From IMG/VR virus record IMGVR_UViG_3300050120_000361, positions 62,001 to 126,000 of that record: a stretch of DNA of 64,000 bases. One strand, 5' to 3'. This document shows positions 18,422-26,792 of the stretch, piece after piece. Position 1 is the stretch's first letter, and each line of letters opens with the position of its first letter. The position numbers were made by a program, and so were the translations under genes. Below the pieces are notes generated by a model, which made no database searches, was not told the DNA's origin, and worked only from the letters and a program-made list of their open reading frames with translations.

Positions 18422-19009
18422 TCAGAATGCCTGTACCTGCCTGGTCTTGCGCGCCTTTTCAGCAGCCTTCTCCATTTCAGCCTTGAGTCGTATCATGTCC
18501 TCACCTATCAGGTGGTTGCCAAGCCTTTGAGCCTTCTCTCCCCATTTCAGGTATTCGTAGGTCTTTTCGTCCCACATCAGAAGGGTCATAAGCTCGGCCT
18601 TTATGTGCGGCTCGAACTCCACGGCGTCCTTAGGCTTCTTTCGCTCCTTCACTCCCTCGACCTTAGCCTTCTTTGTGGACTGCTTGTAGAAGAGGTACTG
18701 CGGGACCCGCGGGCGCGTGAAGCCTGTTACGAATTTGGTCCGCTGCAACGCCTTCATTATCGCTGGGCTCTCTATCGCCTTAACGAACGGAGGAGAGTAC
18801 ATGTTCAGGACCTCGTCCGCGAGGTGCGGGAAGCCCTTGTACATGTTTATCAGCAGGGTAACAGCGAACAGCTTTATCTCATAGTGCGTGTAGTTCGCGA
18901 AGCCCTCCACGCTTGTGTAGAAGTCCGATTGGAACTTGTTCTGGAAGGTGTAGTCCTTTGCGGCCGGTGATGCGCTCATTTCATTATCGTTTTGTCGGCC
19001 TGTCGCCAT
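18422..19009 (-). CDS. Hypothetical protein, possibly clamp-loader small subunit (gp62-like)
   Basis: LLINMYKGFPHLADEVLN...RVPQYLFYKQSTKK pattern and size; start may be MSAS at ~18979. Confidence 0.35.
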   Translation of the reverse strand: MATGRQNDNEMSASPAAKDYTFQNKFQSDFYTSVEGFANYTHYEIKLFAVTLLINMYKGFPHLADEVLNMYSPPFVKAIESPAIMKALQRTKFVTGFTRPRVPQYLFYKQSTKKAKVEGVKERKKPKDAVEFEPHIKAELMTLLMWDEKTYEYLKWGEKAQRLGNHLIGEDMIRLKAEMEKAAEKARKTRQVQAF

Positions 19010-19080
19010 CTGGGTGGCACGCGCGGGTAATGGCTAATGACCGTGGCGTTCATCTCCATCAGGCGACAGGCAGGCATTTG

Positions 19081-19722
19081 TTAGTTTATGTCAGGATTAC
19101 CGGCGGCCTTGGCCCTGCGCTCCTCATTGGCTACTTTCTCCATTTCCACCATGTGCGCGTTCATCTCCACGGCGTCATGAAGCATCACGTGCGCCATCAC
19201 CATTTTTCCAATGTCGATAGGGTACATTGCCTCCATATCGATGAATATCGTCTTGGCCGCCGGCGATATTATCAGCACTGACGGCGGCGTGTCCGTAGGC
19301 ATCTTGCGCACAAGGGCGAAGGGCTCGAACAGCTTGCGATGGGTTTCAATGTCGTCGCAGTAGTAGGCCTTTGCCGGAACCACCCTGCTTATCTTGTCGA
19401 ATATTATCAGTCTGGCCTCCTCGAAAGTAGCTTCGTCCATTCCGGGTATTGGCTTGAGAGCCTTGGCCAGCAGGTCGTAGTTGTTGTGTATTCTCATGAA
19501 GCCGTCGTACTCGTCCAGCAGGTAGGCCGAATTGAAGACCGGCGTGTCAAAGAATATGAGCGTGTTCTCAGTCACGAAAAGCTCGGCGGTTTCACCCATT
19601 AGAGAAGCGGTGTCGAAAAGCCTGTCAATGTCTTCCATGGAGCGGATGCGACCTATCTTCAGTCTCTCAAGTATCTCCGCGTAGTGCGGGTTGGTTTCGT
19701 TTTGTTTGTGCGCGATTTCCAT
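19081..19722 (-). CDS. Hypothetical protein
   Basis: 213-aa ORF. Confidence 0.7.
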   Translation of the reverse strand: MEIAHKQNETNPHYAEILERLKIGRIRSMEDIDRLFDTASLMGETAELFVTENTLIFFDTPVFNSAYLLDEYDGFMRIHNNYDLLAKALKPIPGMDEATFEEARLIIFDKISRVVPAKAYYCDDIETHRKLFEPFALVRKMPTDTPPSVLIISPAAKTIFIDMEAMYPIDIGKMVMAHVMLHDAVEMNAHMVEMEKVANEERRAKAAGNPDIN

Positions 19723-19728
19723 CGTATG

Positions 19729-21036
19729 TTATGCGTTTAGTATGTCGTCTATGAATGATCTTTCCGTTACCTGCTGGTTCTGCTGGCCGGGAGCCGCGGC
19801 CTTTATCGATGGTGCCGACGAGGCTATGAGCTCCGTGGCGGAGTCAACAGTGTTCACTGAGAAGTTGAGCCTGAGCAGGTCCTGCATGCTCAGCGGCGCG
19901 AGAACCTGCTCCTTTATTGTAATCCAATGGGACTCGAACGCCTGTACCACGTGTTCCGGCAGGTACTCCTTGCGGAGCATTATTATCTTCAGGTTGTGCT
20001 TGTAATGGTTGCCGACCGACTTCTTGTCTATGGGGTCCGGCGTCTCGCCCTGGGCCTTTGCTATCAGGTTTATGAGAGTGCTCAGCTGCATGTCCTTGTC
20101 GAGGAAGAACCTCTGCGCGGTCTCTTCGCTGAGCGGCCCGTACTTCAGCTTGGCCCAAACGGCCTCAATCATCTTCTCGGTTATCTTGAAGTTCTTGCCG
20201 CCCTTCTTCCACCTGAGTATGGGGAACACGTTGTCCTTCTTGTCGCCGCATATAGTCTTGCATAGGCCGGTAAGCAGGGGCTCGGCCACCTGTATTCCCT
20301 GGCCCGGGACGCGGTTCATGTTTGAGCGCTGCCTTCCGCCGTTCAGCTGCACGCGGAACGTCCTGTCGAAATGCGTTCTGTCCTCACTGGTCTGCGTCAT
20401 CCTCGCGAGCATGTCCATAGGCTGGTCGTTTGCGAACAGCTTCTTGTATATTCCGGCCGATATGTAGAACTCGCCCTCGGGGTTCGCCTTGGAGCTTATG
20501 TTCTTGAACAGCCTAACGCGGTTGTTAACAATCTGCGACAAATCGCCGTCGCTCGCGAACATCCAAAGGTTTATGTTGTTAGCCGAGAGCTTGTCTCCGA
20601 GAAGCAGCAGTGCGTCGTCGCCTTCGCAGCCCGTGACCCTGAAGCAGGGGACGTGCGGGGCTATTCTGCCATGGAATTCCTCCATCAGCCTGTCGAACTC
20701 ATCCCAATTTATGTCAGACTCCTCCTTTATAGCAGTGCGGTTGTCCTTGTAGTTTATCGGCTCCTCGGACCCTTCAGGCAGGTAGTAGGGCCTGTAGCCT
20801 GGAATGTCCTTACGCCATGAGTGGTTGTCGAAAACGAACACAAGCCCGTCCATTAGCGTGTGGTACTCGTTATTGAACGAGGCGTATATGGATAGGAGGC
20901 TCTCGTTCAGCGCGGCCGCGAAGTTCGCGTGGTCCTGCATGCTGTTCAGCGTTATCTCGGGCTGCTTCGAACGCATGCCGTGCAGCATCCTGTGGCCGAA
21001 GTAATTCCCGTCTATGCCAAGGTAGTTTCTCTCCAT
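19729..21036 (-). CDS. 5'-3' exonuclease / T4-type RNase H (FEN family)
   Basis: GIDGN, VFD..SWRK, YKDNR, EGDD, SDGDLSQ, ICGDKKDNV. Confidence 0.9.
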   Translation of the reverse strand: MERNYLGIDGNYFGHRMLHGMRSKQPEITLNSMQDHANFAAALNESLLSIYASFNNEYHTLMDGLVFVFDNHSWRKDIPGYRPYYLPEGSEEPINYKDNRTAIKEESDINWDEFDRLMEEFHGRIAPHVPCFRVTGCEGDDALLLLGDKLSANNINLWMFASDGDLSQIVNNRVRLFKNISSKANPEGEFYISAGIYKKLFANDQPMDMLARMTQTSEDRTHFDRTFRVQLNGGRQRSNMNRVPGQGIQVAEPLLTGLCKTICGDKKDNVFPILRWKKGGKNFKITEKMIEAVWAKLKYGPLSEETAQRFFLDKDMQLSTLINLIAKAQGETPDPIDKKSVGNHYKHNLKIIMLRKEYLPEHVVQAFESHWITIKEQVLAPLSMQDLLRLNFSVNTVDSATELIASSAPSIKAAAPGQQNQQVTERSFIDDILNA

Positions 21037-21063
21037 TGTCTTCTTTTGTTATTTCCGTTATCG

Positions 21064-21145
21064 TACGCGGGATGGGACTCGAACCCACACACCTATTGGC
21101 ACCGCCCCCTCAAAGCGGCTCGTCTACCAGTTTCGACACCCGCGC
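21064..21145 (-). tRNA. tRNA-Leu(GAG)
   Basis: GCGCGGG/CCCGCGT acceptor stem, D-loop TGGTAGAC, anticodon arm CCGCT-TTGAGGG-GGCGG, long variable arm, GGTTCGAGTCC; CCA not encoded. Confidence 0.92.
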
Positions 21146-21170
21146 GTAATTTCATGCATATCCCCGGCCA

Positions 21171-22484
21171 CTACCAAACCATAAGCTGGTTGTACTTGTT
21201 GCCGAAATTCGCTATCAGCTCCCTCTTTATGAGCTTGAGGCAGGCGTCCGCGTCATGCATGCTCTTGCTCGCGAGCCTTGCGGCCTCATCGATTTTCTTT
21301 CCCTTGTAGACCAGTGCCTCAAAGACAACCTTCATCCAACCGGCCTTGTACTCGAGGTTCTTCTTCATGAAGGCCTTGAACTCCTCATCGATTTCAATGA
21401 TGTCCGCGTGGGCCTTTTCCGGAGCAATGCCCATTCGCTCCTCAATGCTTGCAACCTTGGACTTTGCGCCATTCGCTGAAACGGCCATGTTCTTGGCCAA
21501 TCCGTAAATCCAGGACATGAACCGCTCATTGTCTGAATAGAAATCGAGCTGCTTCTCCCTTGGCAGCCATGACTCGAGCTCCTCATACATTTGCGCCATT
21601 GCGAGGTCCATGTCCCAACCCCTTATTTCCGCAACGCCCTTTACCGATATGCGTATGCGCCTGTAGTTGCGCGTGCACATAGCCTTAAGCCCGTGGGCCG
21701 GGTCGCTCGCCCGGTACCTCAGCGAGAAAGGCAGCGTGGACGCCTCTTCGACCTCCTCTCCCTTTGCCCGCTCACCGTACTTTTTGACCACCGGCCTGCC
21801 GTTATTGAAGTGGCTGTCGGCTGGGTCAATGCTGTTCTGCTTCTCCACACGCCTGCGCAGCTTGTCTTTCAGGTCCTGTGCGGTTTTTATCTTTTTAGGT
21901 TCTTTGAATTCCTTGACCTTTTTAACCTTGGGTTCTTTAGGCGGCTTGGGAGTCCACGGCTTGTCGTCGCTTATGTACCATCCACTATTGTCTGACCTGA
22001 ACTTCCTGTCAAGGTCAATCAGCATTATGCCGTAAAGTGCGGCGAGTTTGGTTATGGAGTCCCGCTTGCCCTTTGACGTTCCAGCCTCTATGGCGTATAT
22101 GTTCTTGTCACTCGTCCCTGTCGCGTCAACGGCGGCCTGCAGCGGCTTCAGAAGGTAAAGCCTTATGTTCTTGGCGTTCCTCAGGAAGTCGTCAACGAGC
22201 ATGGCGTCCTGAAATATGAAGTTGTCTTCAGGTCTCTGAACCTTCCTTATGCCTCGAGAATTTCCGGACTTGGAGACCTCCTTGTGCGGTTTCGGCTCCT
22301 TGGGCTTAAGGTCTCGGAGCTTCAACTGCCTGGTGGTTATGCCCAATGTTTCCGGGGAAACGTCGGGGAAAGCGTTTTTGTTCAGTATGCTCAACATGCG
22401 CCTGGTATCCTTAACCTCTTTGGCAAGAATTGCAAGCCTCTCCTCGAGGAAATTGCGCATGGTATCCGTGGTGCTCTTTGCCAT
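21171..22484 (-). CDS. XRE-HTH + ECF-type sigma70 factor fusion
   Basis: XRE: NIRLYL..LQAAVDATGTSDKNIYAIEAG...SITKLAALYG. Sigma region 2: ERFMSWIYGLAKNMA. Region 4: VFEALVYKGKKIDEAARLA...CLKLIKREL. Confidence 0.6.
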   Translation of the reverse strand: MAKSTTDTMRNFLEERLAILAKEVKDTRRMLSILNKNAFPDVSPETLGITTRQLKLRDLKPKEPKPHKEVSKSGNSRGIRKVQRPEDNFIFQDAMLVDDFLRNAKNIRLYLLKPLQAAVDATGTSDKNIYAIEAGTSKGKRDSITKLAALYGIMLIDLDRKFRSDNSGWYISDDKPWTPKPPKEPKVKKVKEFKEPKKIKTAQDLKDKLRRRVEKQNSIDPADSHFNNGRPVVKKYGERAKGEEVEEASTLPFSLRYRASDPAHGLKAMCTRNYRRIRISVKGVAEIRGWDMDLAMAQMYEELESWLPREKQLDFYSDNERFMSWIYGLAKNMAVSANGAKSKVASIEERMGIAPEKAHADIIEIDEEFKAFMKKNLEYKAGWMKVVFEALVYKGKKIDEAARLASKSMHDADACLKLIKRELIANFGNKYNQLMVW

Positions 22485-22497
22485 TGCTTAAGCTTTT

Positions 22498-22665
22498 TTA
22501 CTTTGTTGTCATTGGGCACTGAGACTCAAAGCCTGTGATGGGCCCTATGCCGGAACCGGAAAGATTGCACTCGGAACCAGGCGAGCAGCACTCGTCACCG
22601 CATTGGAGCTTTGTAACCGGGCACGTGTTGTCTTCACCCACGATAAGTTTTTCATTGTTTTCCAT
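22498..22665 (-). CDS. 55-aa six-cysteine micro-protein (C-C-CC-C-C pattern)
   Basis: Manual translation MENNEKLIVGEDNTCPVTKLQCGDECCSPGSECNLSGSGIGPITGFESQCPMTTK*; fills the gap between flanking genes; below the ORF-track size cutoff. Confidence 0.65.
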   Translation of the reverse strand: MENNEKLIVGEDNTCPVTKLQCGDECCSPGSECNLSGSGIGPITGFESQCPMTTK

Positions 22666-22903
22666 GTAAGTCTATATTTCTTTTTAGGTGGTTCTTTTGC
22701 AAGTCGTCAATGGGCATCGTCTTTTCAATCGGGCCGAGGCCTGCGATGCAGGCGTCCGCTATTTTTCTCGCGAGTTTTGGGTTAACCGAGGTTTCCACAA
22801 AATCCTCGAGGAAATCCAGCTGGCTCCTGCGAAGCCTTTTTCTGAAATCGTGAATGAATTCCTCGAACGCCTTTTCGCGGGATATGTCTAATTCTTCCGG
22901 CAC
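22652..22903 (-). CDS. Hypothetical protein
   Basis: Likely GTG start at 22903, just after the kinase stop (track ORF 22652..23035). Confidence 0.55.
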   Translation of the reverse strand: MPEELDISREKAFEEFIHDFRKRLRRSQLDFLEDFVETSVNPKLARKIADACIAGLGPIEKTMPIDDLQKNHLKRNIDLHGKQ

Positions 22904-22907
22904 GGCA

Positions 22908-23612
22908 CTACCCCTTATGTGTGTCGCGTGGCGCGAGCCACTTGTCCAATACCATGTCGACAAATTCAACGAGCTGTTCGCCGGTGCACTTCTCGGGAGG
23001 AGATGCCACGGTAACGTCAGGCGAAAGCTTTTCAATGAATTCGAGACGTTCGCCCTTTGTCATTGAGCCGTTGAACACCACCACCATCCTCTCGCCATAG
23101 TCCAGCATGTTCGAAAGCTCCACTATTGTGCCGTTATCGAACATGTTGTTTTCTGTGAAGTGGTCCGCCTTGCGGAACTCATCCGTTGTGCGCTCAAGGA
23201 ATATGCCAACCCAATTGGCGTCAAGCAGAACTATAGCCTCATCCTTAGTGCGCACGTCCTCCACCACTATTGGGTTTTCGGGGTCGTCCACTATCGTAAG
23301 GTCGAAGCTCTCGTGTGCCGCTATCAGCGCTGTGCGGTTCAATGAGCCGTGCTGGTTGCCGAGCATTTGGCTTACCTCATGGTGCTTGAGCCTGACGGCA
23401 GGGTCTTTGCGCTTCCGCTCCTCAAGCTCGTCCGGCGTCACGCCCAAATCCTCGCATATTATCTGCTTTATAGTCCCCGCTATTCGCATCTTGCGCATGC
23501 CGTAGTACGAGTGCAGAAAGCTCGCCACAGTGGATTTGCCGCTGCCGGTCAGACCGGCCACGAACATGTCCACGTACTCGGGGTTTCGCTTTGTGGTAGT
23601 GTCTCTATTCAT
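22908..23612 (-). CDS. Deoxynucleoside monophosphate kinase (T4 gp1-like)
   Basis: AGLTGSGKSTVA, IAGTIKQI, VVEDVRTKDE, HFTE. Confidence 0.8.
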   Translation of the reverse strand: MNRDTTTKRNPEYVDMFVAGLTGSGKSTVASFLHSYYGMRKMRIAGTIKQIICEDLGVTPDELEERKRKDPAVRLKHHEVSQMLGNQHGSLNRTALIAAHESFDLTIVDDPENPIVVEDVRTKDEAIVLLDANWVGIFLERTTDEFRKADHFTENNMFDNGTIVELSNMLDYGERMVVVFNGSMTKGERLEFIEKLSPDVTVASPPEKCTGEQLVEFVDMVLDKWLAPRDTHKG

Positions 23613-23625
23613 CTGTTATATGGTT

Positions 23626-24075
23626 TTATGTTTTGGCGAAAAGCTCCATGAACCTCTCTTTCGTTATCCTGAAATCATCGTCAGGCACAGCCAATTTGTA
23701 GTTGTCATTGGTTATGTCGCTGAACGCCTCGTCTATGTACAGGAGCTTAAAGTCGTTGTTCATTGCCATGTTCTCATTGACCGGGTTCCGCATGCTGAGC
23801 TTCTGAATGTATATCGTCCGGTTCATCAGGAGCACGTAGCTGTGGTGCCTGCCAACTATGTCCAGATTGTCCGCGGCAACGTTGGGGTGCCACAGCAGCA
23901 CGTCCTCAGGGAAGAATTCGGGGAGCCGCGACTCGAATATGTGCTTCGGATTGTACACTATTGAGTACCGCTGCCTTTCGGGCAGTTCCCTCAGGAGGGA
24001 CTTGAGGTATGCTATGGATTTCGGCTGCAGCTCGTCCCTGCGGTCGGTAGTGGCCATGTAGTAAAGAACGCCCAT
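23626..24075 (-). CDS. Hypothetical protein
   Basis: 149-aa ORF. Confidence 0.65.
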   Translation of the reverse strand: MGVLYYMATTDRRDELQPKSIAYLKSLLRELPERQRYSIVYNPKHIFESRLPEFFPEDVLLWHPNVAADNLDIVGRHHSYVLLMNRTIYIQKLSMRNPVNENMAMNNDFKLLYIDEAFSDITNDNYKLAVPDDDFRITKERFMELFAKT

Positions 24076-24633
24076 TTACTTCTGAAGGCCTTTGGTTGTT
24101 GGCTTCGGCATGACGTGCGTTGGCCTGTTGTCGAATATCTCCATACTGTCCCAAGGCTCCGTCTCATACCTGTCCTGCTCGTTATCCCATCTTGCGCTTG
24201 ACCACACCCCCTCATCGTTTATGAAGCAGATGCGCACGCCTTCTGGGTTGTAGTCCTCGTCCACCCACTTAGGCGAGTAGCCGAGTACTTCGCTGTTGAC
24301 CGGCCCCCAAAGAGGCATCAAATAGTCCGGACCTGTTTCAGTCCAATACGAAACTACGCACGCGCATCCTGGCGAAATCTCAAAGTCTGGTTCAACCTTA
24401 CCTGTAGTCTCAATGTCGGGTACATTTGAGGAGAACAATCGCTTCCACCACCTTTTCCTCACTATTGGCGTAAAGTGCTGTCTTTTATGTTCAGGAGCGT
24501 GTGGGCCGATTTTGGCCATCCTTCCCTCAAGGCCCTCGCGCGCCGCCTTCCTGTCGGGGTAATTATCCAATATTATTCCGTATTCCTCGAATAGCCCGTC
24601 CTCTATCTCGGTGAGTGTCATGTCTGTTCCCAT
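24076..24633 (-). CDS. Hypothetical protein
   Basis: 185 aa; C-terminal ...PTHVMPKP resembles DUF551-like endings. Confidence 0.6.
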   Translation of the reverse strand: MGTDMTLTEIEDGLFEEYGIILDNYPDRKAAREGLEGRMAKIGPHAPEHKRQHFTPIVRKRWWKRLFSSNVPDIETTGKVEPDFEISPGCACVVSYWTETGPDYLMPLWGPVNSEVLGYSPKWVDEDYNPEGVRICFINDEGVWSSARWDNEQDRYETEPWDSMEIFDNRPTHVMPKPTTKGLQK

Positions 24634-24649
24634 ATACTTGTTATTGTTG

Positions 24650-25591
24650 TTATCTGAATATCGAGCGCAGTGCCGAAATGCACGCGAAGAATGTGCCGAA
24701 CTTGTTTATGGTGGTCACGTACCTGAACGAGTAGTCGCAGACTATCGCGGCAGCCTTCATGGTGTGCTCGTACTTGCCCTGGCTGTTAAGCCATGTGAAG
24801 TACGGCTCTCCAAGGGATATTAGACACTCGCGCTCCTTGCCCTTGTAGGCGCTCACGGCCTCGTAGAACTTCTGCGCCTCGGCGTTGGACTGTATCAGCT
24901 CGTAGAGCTCCACGTTGGCCGTTCCGTTTTCGGACAGTATAACCACATTGTCCTCGGTAACGTCCCGCTTGCTGTCTATGAATTGCTGCAGTATCACGAG
25001 CAAGTGCCTGAAGTCCGGAAAGTTCATCTGGTATATGAGCTTCAGGCCGCGGTTGTCATACCTGATGTTGTTCTCGTTGCATATGCGTACGGCGTACGAT
25101 ATGTACTTCTTCTGCTGCTCGGTTATCTCCTGGCCCTGGTAAGAGTACTCAACGTTCACGCAGCGCGACTTTATGGCGGAGTTGACGGTTTCTGGCTCGT
25201 TGGTGTTGAACACGAAGTTCACGCTCTTGGCGGTGTCCAGCACGACCTTGAAACCGTCCTGTATCTTGTTGGCAACGTTCTCGCACTCGTCAACGATGAG
25301 GGACTTCTGCCTGCCGAGCACTGAGTGCCCTGACACGAATGGGTACACCTTCTGGCGCATCACCTCCACGTTGAAGTCGTTCGAACCGGACAGGTACAGA
25401 ACGTCGTGCCCGAGCGTAAGGAGCTTGGCCGTGGATGTCTTGCCGGTTCCGGGAGGCCCGTGCTGGAAAAGCCGCCACCCCCTCGCGTCCGTTGTTGTGT
25501 TGGTCAGGAGGGTCTCTATCCTGTTTGGCAGGTAGAGGTCTTTGAGGGATTTCGGGGAATATATCTCAAGCAGTGTCTTCTTTTCGCTCAT
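24650..25591 (-). CDS. Sliding clamp loader AAA+ subunit (T4 gp44/RFC-like)
   Basis: LEIYSPKSL, HGPPGTGKTS, IVDECE, NTN, IKSRC, FPDFRH. Confidence 0.92.
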   Translation of the reverse strand: MSEKKTLLEIYSPKSLKDLYLPNRIETLLTNTTTDARGWRLFQHGPPGTGKTSTAKLLTLGHDVLYLSGSNDFNVEVMRQKVYPFVSGHSVLGRQKSLIVDECENVANKIQDGFKVVLDTAKSVNFVFNTNEPETVNSAIKSRCVNVEYSYQGQEITEQQKKYISYAVRICNENNIRYDNRGLKLIYQMNFPDFRHLLVILQQFIDSKRDVTEDNVVILSENGTANVELYELIQSNAEAQKFYEAVSAYKGKERECLISLGEPYFTWLNSQGKYEHTMKAAAIVCDYSFRYVTTINKFGTFFACISALRSIFR

Positions 25592-25854
25592 GGTTTGGGC
25601 ATGTAGTAGGCTTCAAATGTCGCCTCGTTCATAATTCCTATATCACCCCACGAGTAAAGCATGACCCATTCGCCGTCCCTTACGGTTGAGAACCCCTTCT
25701 GTGCCGTCCTGACTATGAGCTGCTTGTTGGGCTTGGCGATGTTCTGAAGAGCGTTCGCCTCGCCAAGCAGTTCGATTATTTCAGCGTTTGCTGAGCCGTC
25801 ATCCCGGTACTGCACCGCGTCGACGACGTTCTTTTTGTATACGTATTTAGCCAT
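25588..25854 (-). CDS. Conserved small phage protein (KK.VV.AVQ...GEWV family)
   Basis: MAKYVYKKNVVDAVQY...GEWV...FEAYY. Confidence 0.65.
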   Translation of the reverse strand: MAKYVYKKNVVDAVQYRDDGSANAEIIELLGEANALQNIAKPNKQLIVRTAQKGFSTVRDGEWVMLYSWGDIGIMNEATFEAYYMPKP

Positions 25855-25866
25855 TTTACCATTACT

Positions 25867-26769
25867 TTATGATTTGCCTTTGTTCAATTCGTCAAAGGAC
25901 TTGCTCATTATGTTCTTTACCTTGTTCTCAAACTGCTTTAGGAACTGGGCTGAATTGCGCTCAAAGGCCTGGTTCATCTGCTCGTCAATGTGCTGCACCT
26001 TTTCCGAAAGGACCTTCTGCACCAGCTCATTTGCCATCGCCTCATCGACAACAGGCTCCTTCATGCGCAGCTCAATGAGTTCAGCCTGAAACTGCTCCAC
26101 GAGCGGCTTTAGCACGGTTTCTATATTCTCTTCGGAAGGCTCCCACCTGACGTTCAGCTCCTCATTGCTTTTGAAGAAACGCTCATTGTCCATGTTGCCC
26201 ATCCCGTGCTCCGGCCAGAACTTGTTAGGCAGCTCATCGGATGGGTCCTTGTGCAGGTCGTCGGAAACCAATGCGGAACGGTCGTGCTCTATGTCAATAA
26301 TCCAATCTTTTGCTCTTATGTGACTGGCGTACAACTTTATGGTTATGGGTATCATTACTGATATGAGCATCGCGAAGCCAAAGTCAAAATAACCAACAAG
26401 GTTCGGCTGCTTGCCAAGGGCCATGGGGTCAATCATTATGTGTCGCGCGTAGTAGTAGACGTTTATGACTATCTCAACGAAAGTGAACATCGTAACGGCT
26501 CGGTGTATTCTGCGGGCGGCGTCAGAGTCCTCATCGTCGGAAATCGCAACAAAGAAAAGGAGGGATGAGCTTATGAAGATTGAAAGGAGTGTCGCCTGGA
26601 CCGTGCGCCAACCGCCCTCGAGCGAGGATATTGAATTAACCAGGAAATACGTGTGCGACACCTGGGCCACGGTTCCAGTGATACAGTACATAAACGCCCA
26701 TTCGCGTGAAGTAAGTATTGCCACCACAAACCTTATTGCGGCCTTTATTCCTAATATCGCTTTTTTCAT
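25867..26769 (-). CDS. Multi-pass membrane protein with C-terminal coiled coil
   Basis: About four hydrophobic segments in the N-terminal half; E/Q/K-rich helical tail. Confidence 0.7.
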   Translation of the reverse strand: MKKAILGIKAAIRFVVAILTSREWAFMYCITGTVAQVSHTYFLVNSISSLEGGWRTVQATLLSIFISSSLLFFVAISDDEDSDAARRIHRAVTMFTFVEIVINVYYYARHIMIDPMALGKQPNLVGYFDFGFAMLISVMIPITIKLYASHIRAKDWIIDIEHDRSALVSDDLHKDPSDELPNKFWPEHGMGNMDNERFFKSNEELNVRWEPSEENIETVLKPLVEQFQAELIELRMKEPVVDEAMANELVQKVLSEKVQHIDEQMNQAFERNSAQFLKQFENKVKNIMSKSFDELNKGKS

Positions 26770-26792
26770 ATTTCCTGGTCTTTAAATGAAAT

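Noticed and set aside
18977-19077. Possible 33-aa ORF (MPACRLMEMN...) between two genes
   Set aside because: No distinguishing motif, and it conflicts with the longer start of the 18422 ORF; cannot be supported.
22490-22660. Apparent non-coding gap considered as ncRNA or tRNA
   Set aside because: No cloverleaf or T-loop; better explained by the 55-aa Cys-rich ORF.
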